A stretch of DNA of 52,772 bases, filler included, from Streblomastix strix (Eukaryota): NCBI GenBank assembly GCA_008636045.1. It is 2 parts of 2 records of this genome, joined end to end, with 100 filler letters (N's around TTAATTAATTAA, not from the genome) between each part and the next. Parts side by side here need not be neighbours in the genome. Positions count along the whole stretch, not along the records: positions 1 to 26,342 come from SNRW01000167.1; 1 more part is not named here. One strand, 5' to 3'. This document shows positions 11,510-26,200 of this stretch, piece by piece. Within the stretch, counting starts at the first letter, position 1. Every line of letters begins with the position of its first letter. The notes beneath the pieces were generated by a model. It had not been told where the DNA came from. It did not search any database and saw nothing but the letters and a program-made list of their open reading frames with translations. Made by a program: the position numbers and the translations under genes.

Positions 11510-13888
11510 ATGAATTCTAATACAGAAAATTGGCGAGAATTTATAAGAGGTTTGCCATAAAATTTAAATGCGTTACACTAACGTCATTTAAAGAAATCTG
11601 AGCAATGGTATATGTTTATTTTAATCAGATGAGAAACTTTTACTTTATTATATATCTTTTTTCGTGTTATATTATAGGGTGCTAGAATAAATACTTGGAG
11701 AATAAAATTTGGTTCGAGATTTTGACTAAATTGAAAATGTTCAAGTGAAAGAAATACAATAATCTTCTTCTTTAGCACTTGCTGGTATATATTTTGATGC
11801 TTGTGAATATCACCAATGTATTCAAGCATTAAATACAGATTAAACATATCATAATAGTAAATTTCAACATTTTCTTTCAATATATTCAACATATCAGGTT
11901 TGTTTGATGTTTAAAACATTACATATTTTAATAAAATTCTATTTAATTTATTTTTTTCAAATCGTATAGATAGGACTTTAAGAGAAGAAATCAAATTTTT
12001 CATAGTTTGATGCAGGATCATTGTTTTTTAGATCAGAATGCCTAAATCCACGACTTAATGAACTGGATGAAATGTTTTCTTCAATTGATGAGTCTAAAAT
12101 GGATGGATTCTTATTCTATTTGTATATTTATTTATTATTATACACTTAAAACCGATTTTATTCTTTCAATTATTCGTATAGGAAAGGTTTAATTCTCAAA
12201 GAAAAAGGATTACGAGAAGAATCTCTCCAGTCATTTGCCACATCTATAAAACAATGCCCGTTCATATGGGAAGCCTGGCAATAAATCTGCAAACTCTGCA
12301 CATCACTTGAAGAGCTCAAACTTTTAGATCTCCCACTACAATATCCAGCTGGTATAATGACCTTATCCCGTGTGGCCATCAAGTTTCACATTCCTGAACT
12401 TGCACTTCAATGCGCTAAAGAATGCATCTTCTTCCTTCCAAATTCTCCTCAGGCTATTGTGTGCATGGGCGAAGCTCTATATGAGATTGGTAATTATACA
12501 AAATGCAGAGAATGGCTTGAAGGCAGATTAATTGGCAATATGGGTAAATTAAGCCAAAGTATTTAAGGAGGCTAACCATTTGCTTTTGCTGAAGGCCGAG
12601 ATACACTTAGTAATGTTCTATATATAGAAGGTGATCTGGGTGCTTTATGCGAACTGGCAAATGATACAATCAGTACAATTTCCAATGCAGAGATTCATTC
12701 TGAGACACATTATATTGTAGGCAACTATCTCTCATTAAAAGGGGACAGTATTGGTGCAATTGATGCTTTCTAAAGAGCACTGGATGTTGATGAGGAGTGC
12801 GGAAGTGCTTGGACATTGATGGGGCATGAATATTTGTAAGTTCGCAACACACCTGGTGCTTCATATTGCTACAGACGTGCTATTGCACTGAATTAGAACG
12901 ACTATCGAGCGTGGTTTGGCCTTGGATAAGCATCCGAGCTTCTTGGCATGTACAGATAAGCTGTTGTTCATTATGCTCGAACTTGTAAATTAAGGTTTAT
13001 ATTTAGTTATAATTTTATCTGTAATAAATAATAAATTAAGGCCTTCAGATTCTCGAATGTGGATTTCACTTGGAAGTTGCTATGAAAAGCTGAAAAAAGT
13101 TGATGAGGCTGCTATTTGTTTTACTCGAGCAGATGAAATTCTGACAGCTGAATCTTAGGTGAAATAATAGCAGCAATAAATAAGAGGGAATTTAAATGAA
13201 AACATTTTGAAAGAAAAAGAAAATGACGATGATAAGATGATGGATAAAGAAACAGAATCACAGTAAACAAATTTCGTTTAAGATAATACTCAAAACGAGC
13301 CCATTCTTTCATCTTTATTAATGATAGACAATCAATAAAATACATTGACATAATCTAATATTTAATTATCACAATAATAATCGTAATTGTTACTATCAGA
13401 ACCTCTGTCAACAGAAACTAACTATGTATGCCAACGACTTGCTCGACTGCATGAACAAGCAGGTAGAATTGATGAAGCTGCACGAAACCACGCTCGTTGT
13501 ATTGTTGGACTTACAAAAGTTCACATTTTACTATAAAATTATTACTTATCATATTAATCATTAGATTTATTTTGGATAAGTAAATAATAATTACTATTTT
13601 TTAACATTAATTTTTTAAATTGATTTTATATATTCTCAGCCGAATACACAATCTGAAGCACAGTCATTTCTTTTTCTAGCTGCCTATCTGTTCCATAAGG
13701 GTAATGTTCAAGAATCCGATTAATTATGCAAAGCACTTTCTAATTGGGATGGAATTGTTTGCAAAATGTAAATTAATATTAGTTATATATTATCCCTCTA
13801 CTTTTTGACCTTTTTTATGCAGGAAAAGTCACGTGCTTCAGCTCTTAGAAGAGTGATGGGTGTAGATCAATAAGCAGATGAAAAATGA
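11510..13888 (+). CDS. CDC23: Anaphase-promoting complex subunit 8 (TPR protein), 7 exons
   Basis: ETHYIVGNYLSLKG...FQRALDVD...AWTLMGHEYLQVRNT...NDYRAWFGLGQ...RPSDSRMWISLGSCYEKL is the CDC23 signature. Introns about 11608-11677, 11898-11969, 12122-12181, 12995-13040, 13519-13639, 13757-13822. Stop TGA. Confidence 0.93.
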
Positions 13889-14225
13889 ACAAAACATTTA
13901 TTTCTTGTAAAATTGTTAATAATAAATTTTATATTCAATATGAATTTGCATAATACACCTTTTTTCATATATATATATTTTAAAAAAATATCTTTACGAC
14001 ATCAATTTTAGACCTATATCTTTAACACTGTTTATTTTTATCCTCAGATACAGAAGTGTTAATTAATTACGACGAATAAAATGGGGTGAAGTTACTACTT
14101 TCAAATTAAAAAGTCAACAAAGAGAAAGTTAGAAGGATAAGGAAAAAATACACTCTGATATGTAAAATATAGCATCATCTATTCTTAATCTCATTCTTCT
14201 TCAAATCTTAATCATTGCCTAATTA

Positions 14226-17200
14226 TCAAACCTAATTATCTCCTTGATTAGGCTTGAGAGATTGTTATGATCCTCTATTCTACCCCATCTTGTTGATGCC
14301 TGGACTTGTTGGCCCAGGACCCTTCATAGATGAGTAGTTGTGAGGACTCGTTGGTCCTCCTCTTTGTGATGAAGCAGCAGAATTCAGTTGGCTGCTTGAG
14401 GCTGATCCAGGAGGACTTGTAGGTCTCCCTTGAAAGCTTGATTGTGAGCTTCTCTTTGATTGTGCTTTGGTAAACCCAGTAGTTGACTTACTGAGTAGTT
14501 TTTCTTGTCGTTTCTAAAGCTCAAACAACTCTTTTGGAGGGCGTGATACCCCCTTTTCGCCAAGACCAATGGTAGCTGGAGGTCCAGCAGCTCCCCAATT
14601 GATCCCACGAAGTTGTGGATCATCAGCATTCATTGCTGAGAAGTCGATAGTAGTCGGTGTAGTGTTTGTGAAGAACTCGGCAATCTGCTAATTTATAGTA
14701 CCTTTCTCTTGAGCTGGCATCTCAACCAAGACTTTTGTGTTTGGATCTTATTCTAAAGGAGCACCGTCTCGTTGTTCTATGCCATCTAGTCTTGCTTTTA
14801 GATCACCAGCATAAGCTTCGACATATGGAGAATCAGTTCCAAACCCTTGCGAGTAGGATTTCCTCGATGCACCTTCATTCTTACCCAAGCCATCTTTCCC
14901 AAAATCAGTCATCTCCTAGAATGGTAAATCACTGGGATCTTACGCAGCATGAATAACAAACAAACTGTCATCTTCGTATGGAAGAAGAAGATCCTAATGT
15001 TGTTTCTTCTAAGCCTGTTTCTTTTCTAGCTTCTTTTGTTTTTTTGCCTCTTATTTCTTTCTCTCTTCTTCTTCAATCTCAGCAATTTGCTCATTTATTT
15101 CATCTTCCTAGTTTCCAATTTTTTGAATCTATCCTCTTCTTAGAATAGCTTTCTTGATTTCTGCCCATCGTAAGCACAGAACTATCACTATAATTAGCAC
15201 AATAATCAAGACAAGGATTATTACTCCTGCAATAGTCAGATACAGCCATGTTTTTGATGGCAGAACTTCAATATAGTTCGCAAACATCTCTCCATATAAT
15301 ACTTCAATATCGATAATGACTGGTTTCCCTTCTTCTCCATTTTCTCCAGTGAATCTCTGCCCATTATTAGAAGCAAGCACACCATACCAGTATGTTCTTG
15401 CATCAAGCCATGTGACATCTTTCATGGAGAAAGTAGCTCGTTTCGTTCCATGAACATCTGCAAGAACTAAGAAGGGAACTTAAGTTCCATCTTCCGGTGG
15501 CCAGATGATTCGACCGTGCTTGTCTCTGGGTAAGTCGACATCATCATTACTCTTTTTATAGATCTTCAGTTATTACGGTTCAAATTCGTGCTTCTTACTA
15601 CCTTCAATATCTTTCATAATATAATCTTTCCCATTCCCAAACCTCTTTGAAAGATAGTTGTATACTTAATTTAATTCAGGTTTCTAGTCTTTATATTTCT
15701 CAACCTCTTCATGGATTTCTTCTTATGTCTTTAATCGCACTGTGTCTATCATCATCGTAAACAGCAGTGGAATAAAGTTTTATCCTTCAACTTCAAATTA
15801 GAAGGGTTCTTCTTCGTCTGATATATTAACATTCAATCGAGCCTTCTCTATTCTTACAATAGGAATTGGAGGAATGGTCCATTTGTATGAAAGCTTCATC
15901 TGGCACTCACTATCTTTAAGGATATTTAATGTGCATTATGATGCATCATTTTGTTGAAATACCGAACTATTATCTTAATAATTCGATCCAAATGAACAGT
16001 TGTCTTCATTGAAGCCATTCACACTTGTATCAATGATCTCAAGATGTGATTTACCAATGCACATAACTAGATATTGTCCTCCATCATATAAAGCTTCCTC
16101 TCCAAGTTTTGGCTCAATGAAGCTGATGTTATTCAGAACAACATCTGCAGTGTCAACTTTTAAAGCTCCAACTTGTGTTTATTCAAAAAGTTCACCATCA
16201 AACTAATATGTCCCTTTTGTTACATAAACCAATCCATGCGTAGTAGACGAGTAATATCTTGGTTATCCTGGACACAATTCCCAAGTATCATCAGCTACAT
16301 CACCAGATTATGTTACTAATGTTGGATCAGTATATGTTTCATTTCTTCCTTTGAAGAAGCTCGATTAGATGTATCCTCTTGTTTGATTAAGATATAAAAC
16401 GTTGCTATAACACATTGGCGTTACAAAAGTCGATTCAATGATATACAGGGTAAGTTTTATGCAATTCAGTCCAGCTGCTACAGCACTATGACACCCAGTA
16501 ATGATGGTACCATATAAATCAACCCTTGTGCTGCTGATACCCTATTTATCTCCTACAGTGAAACTCTCCAGATATATGAGCCCGTGTTTGTAAACTTCAT
16601 CATAAGTAGGACGTCCATCAGAATATAGTTCGTTATCAAGAATGTCTGGTCCATTCGTATTTGATCCTTGCATTAATAAATACGTTGTTGGGTTTTATAT
16701 ACTCTAAGCAACAGCTCTCATCCCAGGAATCAGAGCACTACAACCTGCAAATATTGTGTCAGAGATCATTATCGTTTTCAATGGCGTAACACTTGTGTCA
16801 ACTCCATTCCATCCAATATAGATCATGTTTCTTCCTAGAACTTAGCATCTCCTGAACTCACTGCTGATAATATCTACTTTAACTCCATTATTTACAATAT
16901 GAATAAGACCTCCTTTAGTTTCTGTATCAGCAATATTCACCGAAGTCACACAGCTTGAGAAGATAGTATCATGTATTATGAAGCTCTACATTTCAGCGTT
17001 GCTTTGAAGATTGTTGTTTTTATTAGAAATTGAATTACTTTATGAAGATGAATCTCGAATTGATATTATTTTACTTTCATTTGTGGTGATTTCATTGAAG
17101 AAGCTACTGTATATTCCAGATGATCTCAACCCAAGCCATTCAATACCTTTTGACGGTGTCGAAATTGGCTTTCTCACTTATTCTGCTAATATAATTGATC

Positions 17201-20200
17201 CAGTATTCAAGAATACATGCACTATAACAACATCTTCAATGAATACAAGACCTGCAGATCGGAATAGATATTTTGGTGATAATGATGAGGAAGAAGGATC
17301 AGATACAGCTAATCCACTTACTCGCACTTCTGATAGAATAAGAGCGGCATTAGATCCTTAGACATTCACAAATCCAGATTAAGACTAGCTGTTAGATAAA
17401 GTCATGTGTATTCTCTCAATTATTACACTTTGATCTCCTTATCCTTAAATAAGAGCATTATCACCAATGGACGATGCACTAATTTCTGTTAATGAACTTC
17501 CATATCCAACAATATTTATTGAGTTACCTCTGGTAGCAGGAACTATTATTTATGGCGAATTAAATGAACCTTCACAGAATTGAATAGTCTCAACTTTGTC
17601 AGTTGGATATTAGGTGAGTAATTATGCAATTGTGGTGAATGAAGGACATGGGTTTGTAGGAAGGCCACATTTAATATTTGGATCGTAAGTGTGATTCCCT
17701 TCAGCAATTCCAATGTACCAAACTCCAACATTGTTAGTCTCTGGAATCCATGAACTATGAAGAATATCACTTTCATCAATAAATAATTCATTATCATTTC
17801 CAATTGTATATTAGAAACTCTTCTCTTGATCTACACTTGATGAAGTGCATGCATGACAACCTAAGAAAGATTCTCGTTGAGCACGTTATGATGATTGTTT
17901 GTATGCAATGAAGACATTGGTTCCACCATTTAAAGCAACATTGTTATGAAACACGCATCTCCTGAATTTAACTTCAACATCATATACTCTCATATCAACA
18001 TAAATTGCTCCTCCTTATGAATTATATTAAGTATCGGCAGTAAATACGCTAAAGACAGCTCCATCTACATCTAGAACTTATCCTTAATTCGTTGGTATAT
18101 AACGAATTGCACTACCACTCCATGGTGCATTTGATTCTTATATGAAGTTACAGTCTTTTATTTCAAGTCTTGAGTTCAATCCTCCATTAGATAATATTGC
18201 ACTTCCACCATCTTCCATATTGATGTTCGAGATGAAACATTTCTCTAATCTCAGCAGTTTTGCATTCTCTTTCATTACAATTAATCCAGACATTTTAACT
18301 TTATCAACGGTATCTGAATTTCTTTCATTTTCGTTTTATATCAAAGTTATTCTTTCTACTTTTACATCAATCAGAACAAGTTCACCAAGAGTCACTTCAA
18401 ATGCTGCTCCATTGGATATTCCATCTTCTAATTTATTTCCACCAACTCGAAGTCCACTTATTATACTCCTTCCAGATCCTTCAGAGTGAATAAGTGATGC
18501 TGATGCTCCCCATAATTCAGCTCTCATCTCAGATGCATCTAATTGTGAGTCTTATAATGTAAACAGATGTTAAGACGATTCTTTCTGCATAATCGAACTC
18601 AGACTTTCTCCTTCTCCTTTGACTGCAAGTTAAGTTCCTTTAATAATATAATAATTAATTAAATAATATTAATAAAAATAAAATTAATTGATAGAAAATT
18701 ATAAATTAATCTACATATATTTATAAATAATATACCTTGTAATGAAATCATTTTTGATGAAAATCGTCCTTTCTTCAGAACTACATTAAGATTGCTCTTG
18801 ATTTCAGAGTTCTAACGTAAGAAGAGATGTGAGATGTCCTCAGCTGATGGTTAAATAATAACTGGTCTAATATAAGGTTTGCCTATCTCTTTTATAGTTA
18901 ATTTCTCATCATTTATTTGATTTTATTACTTCATATCCTCTTTGATTTAAATTTTCTTCATTTGTTTTCCTTCTGCATTCATCTGTCCAGGACTCTTCGA
19001 ATTTTCGTATATATCCCAGATAGCAGCTGTACAATTAATGAATTAAACTCCACTACCTTTAACTAGTGGCTTACTCGTTCCATGACTAACAACCAATCCA
19101 CCTCCATCGCCATCAAGTCTTTATTCCCTTTACCAAAGTGGTTCAAATGGACTGGAAATAATAGCTTTGTTTGAAGGTGAATTAATTTATGATACTGTTG
19201 ATATGCAACTTTCGAAGATGCTTGATTTCAAATCAACATTAGCTCCAATTCTGTCAGTATGCACAATTACACCTCCCGATTAAATAACCCTTATTCCTCT
19301 GCCTGAATTAATAATTTAGGTCTTACATTTCTTAATCACGCATGAACTGAGCTTAATAATTGGTTTATGTACAGCATCAATTACTGAAGTAAAATCTTAT
19401 CGTGTGTCGTTTTTGTTTTTATAATTGTTGACAATTTTCTTCTTTCCTTCAAATCTACCTTCTGCATTATTACCCGCTGTACCAATATATAAAGCTCCAG
19501 TATGTTATATTTAGAAGTTGGGTTTCTTTAACTCATTGCTGATTGAAATCTGAGATTTTTGATCAAAAGTCTTTTCTTTAAGAGATGACTATGGTAAGGT
19601 GGTCTATTCTGAAGTTATTTTATCTTCATTTTCTGAATTGACTGTAGATAATGACATATTAGTAAATGTGATTGTTCCTATACAGTCAATGAACCTAAAG
19701 TGCTCAAGCTCTACTTATGCATTCTTTACGAAAATTCCAATAACACCACCAATACCAAGCTGATTCTTTTCAGTAATTTTAACATTCATATTCATCTCGC
19801 AATTCTCAAATGTGCAATCTACAAAGTGGAATGGAAGTTATACAGAGGATGAAGCCCGGATTGTTATCACTGATCCTGCACCTAATGGAACTTGACTATT
19901 TGTCTCACCCAGTGTTTCAGTTATATTCCAAGCTGAGATCTCACTTCTAACATACTTAAAGAGGCTGTCCTTAAATTGAAGATAGTTTTCTTATAGGATT
20001 ATCTCAGGTTCATAGGTAATTTCAATCAGTGATCCATTGTTTAATTTGATGCCATCTGAAGGAAGAAGAGGATCTGCAATTATATTATCAAATATTACTT
20101 TTTCTCTAGATGAAAGATATGGATCCGATTTGAAAAATATGCACTGAACACCATTTGTTAGATTTGGTTCTTGACTCACTAAGCAATTCTAAATGAGTAC

Positions 20201-23200
20201 TTCTACTTCTCGACCTATACCGCTGTCTGAGGGATTTCCTTTCACTAATATCAAACTGTCAACATCAAGCTTTTCAGGGAGAACAAACTCAAGATATTAA
20301 AAAGTAAATTTCTGATCCACTCCATTAACGTCCAAATATTCACTATCTTCTTCCTCTTGCCATCTTGCTAAATCCGAAATTATGATCTGACCTTTCTCAC
20401 CAAATTCTATCTTGGAATAAAGGGATGTTAAATTCTCTGGATAAAACTCTTCTGGTGTAACTCCACGTATGACTACTTCATCTGCTTCTGATGTGAATGG
20501 CTCCAATATCTGCATTGACTCTACGGTAATATATGTGTGGACTACTTTAGGAGTAGTTGGAGTCCTGGTTTTAATCGTCTATGGTCTCCATTCAGGTGTC
20601 TTGACTTTTGTTTTTGCATATGTGAATGAAGAACATGCCGATCCTTTCCCACCACACTATTCTTCGTCATTCCCTGTTTAATTTACGTTTGATATATAAA
20701 GCTCATCTCCAAAGTACGTTTTATATCTATCAATAAGATTTTAGTCTACTCCTGGATCATGATGAAGTAATACATTTGTCCAAAATTCTGTTCCATATAT
20801 AGCATTTTCCATATCATACAAAGGAGAGAACACGTCGAACAAGAGACGACGAGGCGCTTCAAGAAAGTTGAAGTTGTTACAATATACGAAGATATCACGT
20901 CCATGACTTTATTATGATGCTAAGTTTTCTTTGAATTCGGTTAAGCTTCCTACCAGGAAATTAGTTTCTGGATCATCAGTAAATTTAATATACATTCCAC
21001 CTCCTCTTTCCGTAACACTGCAACCAATGAAGTAATTTGAACTTGTTATTATGAATTTATTTGCTTTGTTATAATCTCCAAACAATCCTCCTCCATCAAC
21101 AGCACTACATCCTTTGTATGTAACTTTGTTCAATTCAAAGGAAGCGTTGGTAGATACTTATAAATAACTTCCTCCTCCTTATCCACTTGTACCTGTGGTT
21201 GAGCAAGAATCAAATTATGTGAAGCCAGAAATATTCATCTTTGAGTTAATACCATCACATTTCGCATAGAGACCACCACCTGCTGTTGTGCTTTTACATC
21301 CTTTGAACAAGTTTGAATTTGTGACTTGTAATGATGATTGTGTCTTAATATCACAGTATATTCCTCCTCCTTGAATGCTATTACAGTTTTCAATCGTTGC
21401 TTTGTTAATTTCAATTGATGCTTGGTTTGTCCCTTCTATATACGCACCTCCTCCATTACCATTTGTGCTTTTGCATATATTAAACTTAGAATTGTCTCTA
21501 ATAATAACTTTACTATCAGGATCTTTAACTGTTGCATACAGCCCTCCACCAGAACCTGATGCTGTACAATTATTGAATAAGTTTGAATTTGTTATTGTCA
21601 ATTAAGATTCTTCTTCTAAAGTAATGTACAATCCACCTCCATTTGCACTGCTGCAGTTTTTGAATGTAGCACTATTTAATTCAACAACACTTCTGCCCTT
21701 CACTATTGCATTTCCAGCACCTCCTTTCCCACTTGCACTAGTGCAAGTATCAAATTCTACTCCATCTTGAATGTAAAGTTTCCCATTTGTCTCAACATTT
21801 ACATTAATTCCTCCACCTCCCGACGTAGATCCTGCTGAACTTATGCAACTTTTGAATGTGGTTTAATTTGTGATTGTCAAAGTTGATCCAGTTAGCAACG
21901 ATGCTTAAATTGCACCACCATCAGCAGCTACGCATCCTGTAAATTCAGCTTTGTTAACTTCAATTGTGGCATTTGATGATGATTCTATATAAACAGCTCC
22001 TCCTATCCCAGTGCTTGTACATGCTTCAAATTTAGACCCATCATTGATAATGATCTTACTGTCAATATCTTTAATTGTAGCATATATTCCTCCTCCGTTT
22101 CCTGAGCTAGTTGTGCAATCATTAAAAGTTGTTTAATTCTAAATCTGTAAGAAGGAAGCTGATTCCATTGTGATGTAAACAGCTCCACCACCAGTATAAC
22201 TACTGCAATCAATGAAGTCTACCTTGTTCATATAGATTTCAGCTCTTTTACTTATAATGAAATAGGCACCTCCTCCTTTGCCATAGGTACTTTTACAGGT
22301 ATCAAACTTAATACTATCTTCCAAATACAACACACAATCTTCTCCAATATCTGCATATATCCCTCCACCAAGACCATTCGCTCCCGTTGCCGTGCAAGTT
22401 GAGAAATTGCTCGATTTCAAAACCTATAATTAGGATCCATCTAAAATATTAGCAAAAATACCAGCACCTATTGGACTGTAAGAGTTCTATATTGTTGCTT
22501 CACCTAATTGAACAGTTCCTCTTCCTCGAATCAAGAGGTATATTCCACCACCGGATACAGAACTGTTACAATTGTTAATAGATGTTCTATTTACAAATAC
22601 TAATCTGCTATCAATATCAGCTACTATAGCGTAGATTCCACCTCCAGATCCTGTACCTTTGCTTACACAATCTGTGAATGTAGTTTCGTTACTAATCGTG
22701 AATGAAGCTGCACCTGTAACTTCTATAAATAATCCACTTCCATCAGTCTAAGCCTTGCAATTAAGCATATTCATTTTGTTTATTTTGTTATTCTTGCACT
22801 GGTTCACTGAAACATAAGCACCACCACCTTATTTTTCACTCTCACATCTATCAAACTTCACATTTTCCCTAATCATCATCACGCTTGTAGTTGTTCTAAC
22901 AGAAGCATATAATCCACCTCCAGATTCAGATGTGGATTTACATTCAGTGAAAGTAGCTTCATTTGTTATATCAAATGCACCACCATTGGTAACAGAGGCG
23001 TAAATACCTCCTCCTTCTTTAGCGCTTGTGCAATTCTTGAAAGTTGCATGGTTTATCTCATTTAATTAGCTCATATCAGCTTTGAGGAATATTGCACCTC
23101 CTTCTTTAGCGCTGGTGCACTTATCAAATACTACATTATTCATAACTTAGAACTGACTTGCAGCATCAGATATATCAACACATACAGCTCCTCCTCCAAG

Positions 23201-26200
23201 TCCTATATCAGTTGAACCGGTTGTTTTACATTCACTGAAGTTAGTTGATCCTGTTATTGAAAAAGATCCTCCATTGCTGATTACTATACTAATTGCACCT
23301 CCTCCTTGGATTGCTGAGCATTTATCAAATACAACTGCGTTAATATCTATAATCTTGGATTAGCTTGCCAATATATACATAGCTCCACCTTAACCAACTG
23401 TTGCTTTGCATTGATCAAACTTTGAATTTCCAGAAATGAACAATGACGTAGCTGCTTCTGTCAACTCAGCTCTCATTCCACCTCCATTTGATGATGCACT
23501 TTCGCATAAGATGAAATTAACTGCATCTGTTATATTCATAATACAACCAGATTTCAATGCAATATTTAGTCCTCCACCTCCTTGACTAGAACATGAAGTA
23601 AATGTTGTTTATTTGATATCAATGAAACTTCCATTACTTCCATTTATATTAATTGCTCCACCAAAGTTCCTGCAAGTGCAGCCAGTGAACGATGTTTGAT
23701 CCTGAATTTGTAGTCTACTATTACCATCTTTGATGATAACATCTATTGCTCCACCTTCTTGATAATCATTAGCTTTAACACACGAACATGAAGTAAACAC
23801 TGTAGAATTCATTATTGAAAGAATACCTCCACCTTGTAGTGTAACAAAAAGCCCGCCTCCATATTGTTATGCTTAACATGTGCTGAATGTTGTTTTATTT
23901 AATTGAGCGGTTGAATAACTACTAATATCAAGATACAATCCTCCTCCACCTCCGGATTGACTAATGTCTGAGCATGTTGTGAAATTACATTAATTATGAA
24001 TTAACAATTAACTTTAAGAAAGAAGTTGTACGTACATAGCACCTCCATTCAGACCCTTACAATCGGTAAAGCTGATATGATCAAAACCAACATTAACTTA
24101 AGTTGCATATATTTATACAGCACCTCCATATATCTTACCATTAGATTATATACTATTACACCCAATAAACTATAAATTTTATAACGTGACTCCTGACGAT
24201 CTATTATCAATCTCTGCAAAAAGTACAGAACCACCGTTCGTTCCTGTAGATGTTACATTGCTAAATATAGAATTAGAAATTATTACCTTCCCAACTCCAT
24301 TGTTTATCTTAATAAGATTGCATCCTATCATATTAAGAGCAGTAGTAGTAGGAGTAATCAGGCTTTCAATAAGTACAGTTCCTCCATTAATTTCAACAAG
24401 TCCATTATATATATTTTGTTAATTAGTATCCATCTTAAGTTAACAGCTCTTTAGCTCGAGGCTTAGTGTATTTGCTTACACTATAATAATGTATTTTGCT
24501 GATTATGTGTTTCTAGCAATAAAAGTACAACTACTTACTGATAACGACCCATTTGAAAAGACTAACTATCCATTTTCTTAAACAATTATTTCAATGTCAT
24601 GAGCAAAATCAGTTTCATCACTAAAATTCAATTACTTACTAAGAGATACTTTATGTCCTTATGCATTTATTTGTGTGGTTGTGCTTAAAACATATCCTTA
24701 AACAATACCAATCTTCACTTCAGCGTTAATATCTGGATGTTGTTCTATACTTCTACTGACGGCTTTACCAAATGTAACACAAGGGAATCTAACCCATCCA
24801 CAAGCATCATTATCATTTCCAAATCCTTTGTCACCACCTGGATTATATTTGTACGTTGTAGTGTTTGGGTTGCTTATATGATATATTCCACTTGTTACAT
24901 CATTAACCATATAATGAAGAGGAACAGTAAACTCTCGATCATCCATTTATACACCCATCATATATATCTCATTCTTTTAAGGATTTGCATCAATGACCCA
25001 TAAATTATCATTATGAATATAAATTTCTCCATAATGAGCTACTAATTCAGGTCTTCGCATCATTTCTACCATGTTATCAGATTCTAAGAACAGTCCTTTG
25101 CCAAAGGTGAATTAGCGTCCTACTCTGTATGAACATCCTCTAAAATCAAAACTATGATATTAGCCTTATGTTACCTTGCAATATAAAGCTCCTATATCAT
25201 AACTTGTACTTATACTACCTTAAGTATATTAAAATATCGACACGCACTCTTCGAATGTTGTATTGGCGAATATTGTGATACCACCTGACCCTGAGGTTAA
25301 TGTGCATTCTATTGCTGCTCCAGCACCACTAAGTCGCCTGATATTTCTAAAGAAAGAATTGTTTACTGTCATTGCTCCAGCAGAGCCGTCCACATTCACT
25401 ATAGCTTGTCTTGACATGCTTAGCCCATCATCTACTGTTAAAGACTCAATGGTAAGTTATGCATCGGATACACAGCTGACAAAACCCCTATCTATATCTC
25501 TACCCGAAGTACGCCATTTAAACCTACAGTCTATTAAATTAGTTGAAGAATCCTTACCTCTTATTATTAATAAGAAGTTGTTATTGTTCTTGTCATTATC
25601 TTGCACTACAAACACAATTTACTTAAAAACTAGCCATCCTTTCTCCAAATTGAACCTACCAACAGTACCTTAACCTATATCAATATTATATTAATTTGTT
25701 CCTCCTATTGGATAACTGGCAAATAGGCGTTATTGACTTGAATTTGTATCTATATTTACTACTACATTTATTTGTATATCACCTAATAAGAAGATAAGGT
25801 GACCAGGTAGCTAACTGATGTTTTTATATGCTAAGTAATTGCCCGATAATTCTTTACATGGTTTATCAAAAAGACAATTGACATTAGTAGTTCCATTAAT
25901 TAATTTCACGTAAAAGTATTTGCTTCCTTAATCATATGGCTTTTCAACTTCACCAGCAACACATTTATAATAGCTCTACTATCCTTACAACTCAAAGTGG
26001 GTAGGAAACATATGACTAGAAGAGCATTCTGATTAGCTAATGCAATCCCAAGCCGTTGTACTTGTCAGATTAATATATTGTGAATTAGTTATAGTACAAT
26101 TATTAGTTACACATGAAGGAAATTTAATATCACTGTCACTGACATGCATATCCAAAGGAATCTGTCCAGTTGCACAAGGCTTTATACAAACATTAGTTCC

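Noticed and set aside
20950..24200. Bacterial contaminant or autotransporter Pmp
   Set aside because: It uses TAR=Gln, has a spliceosomal intron and a single TM helix with no beta-barrel, and is contiguous with CDC23.
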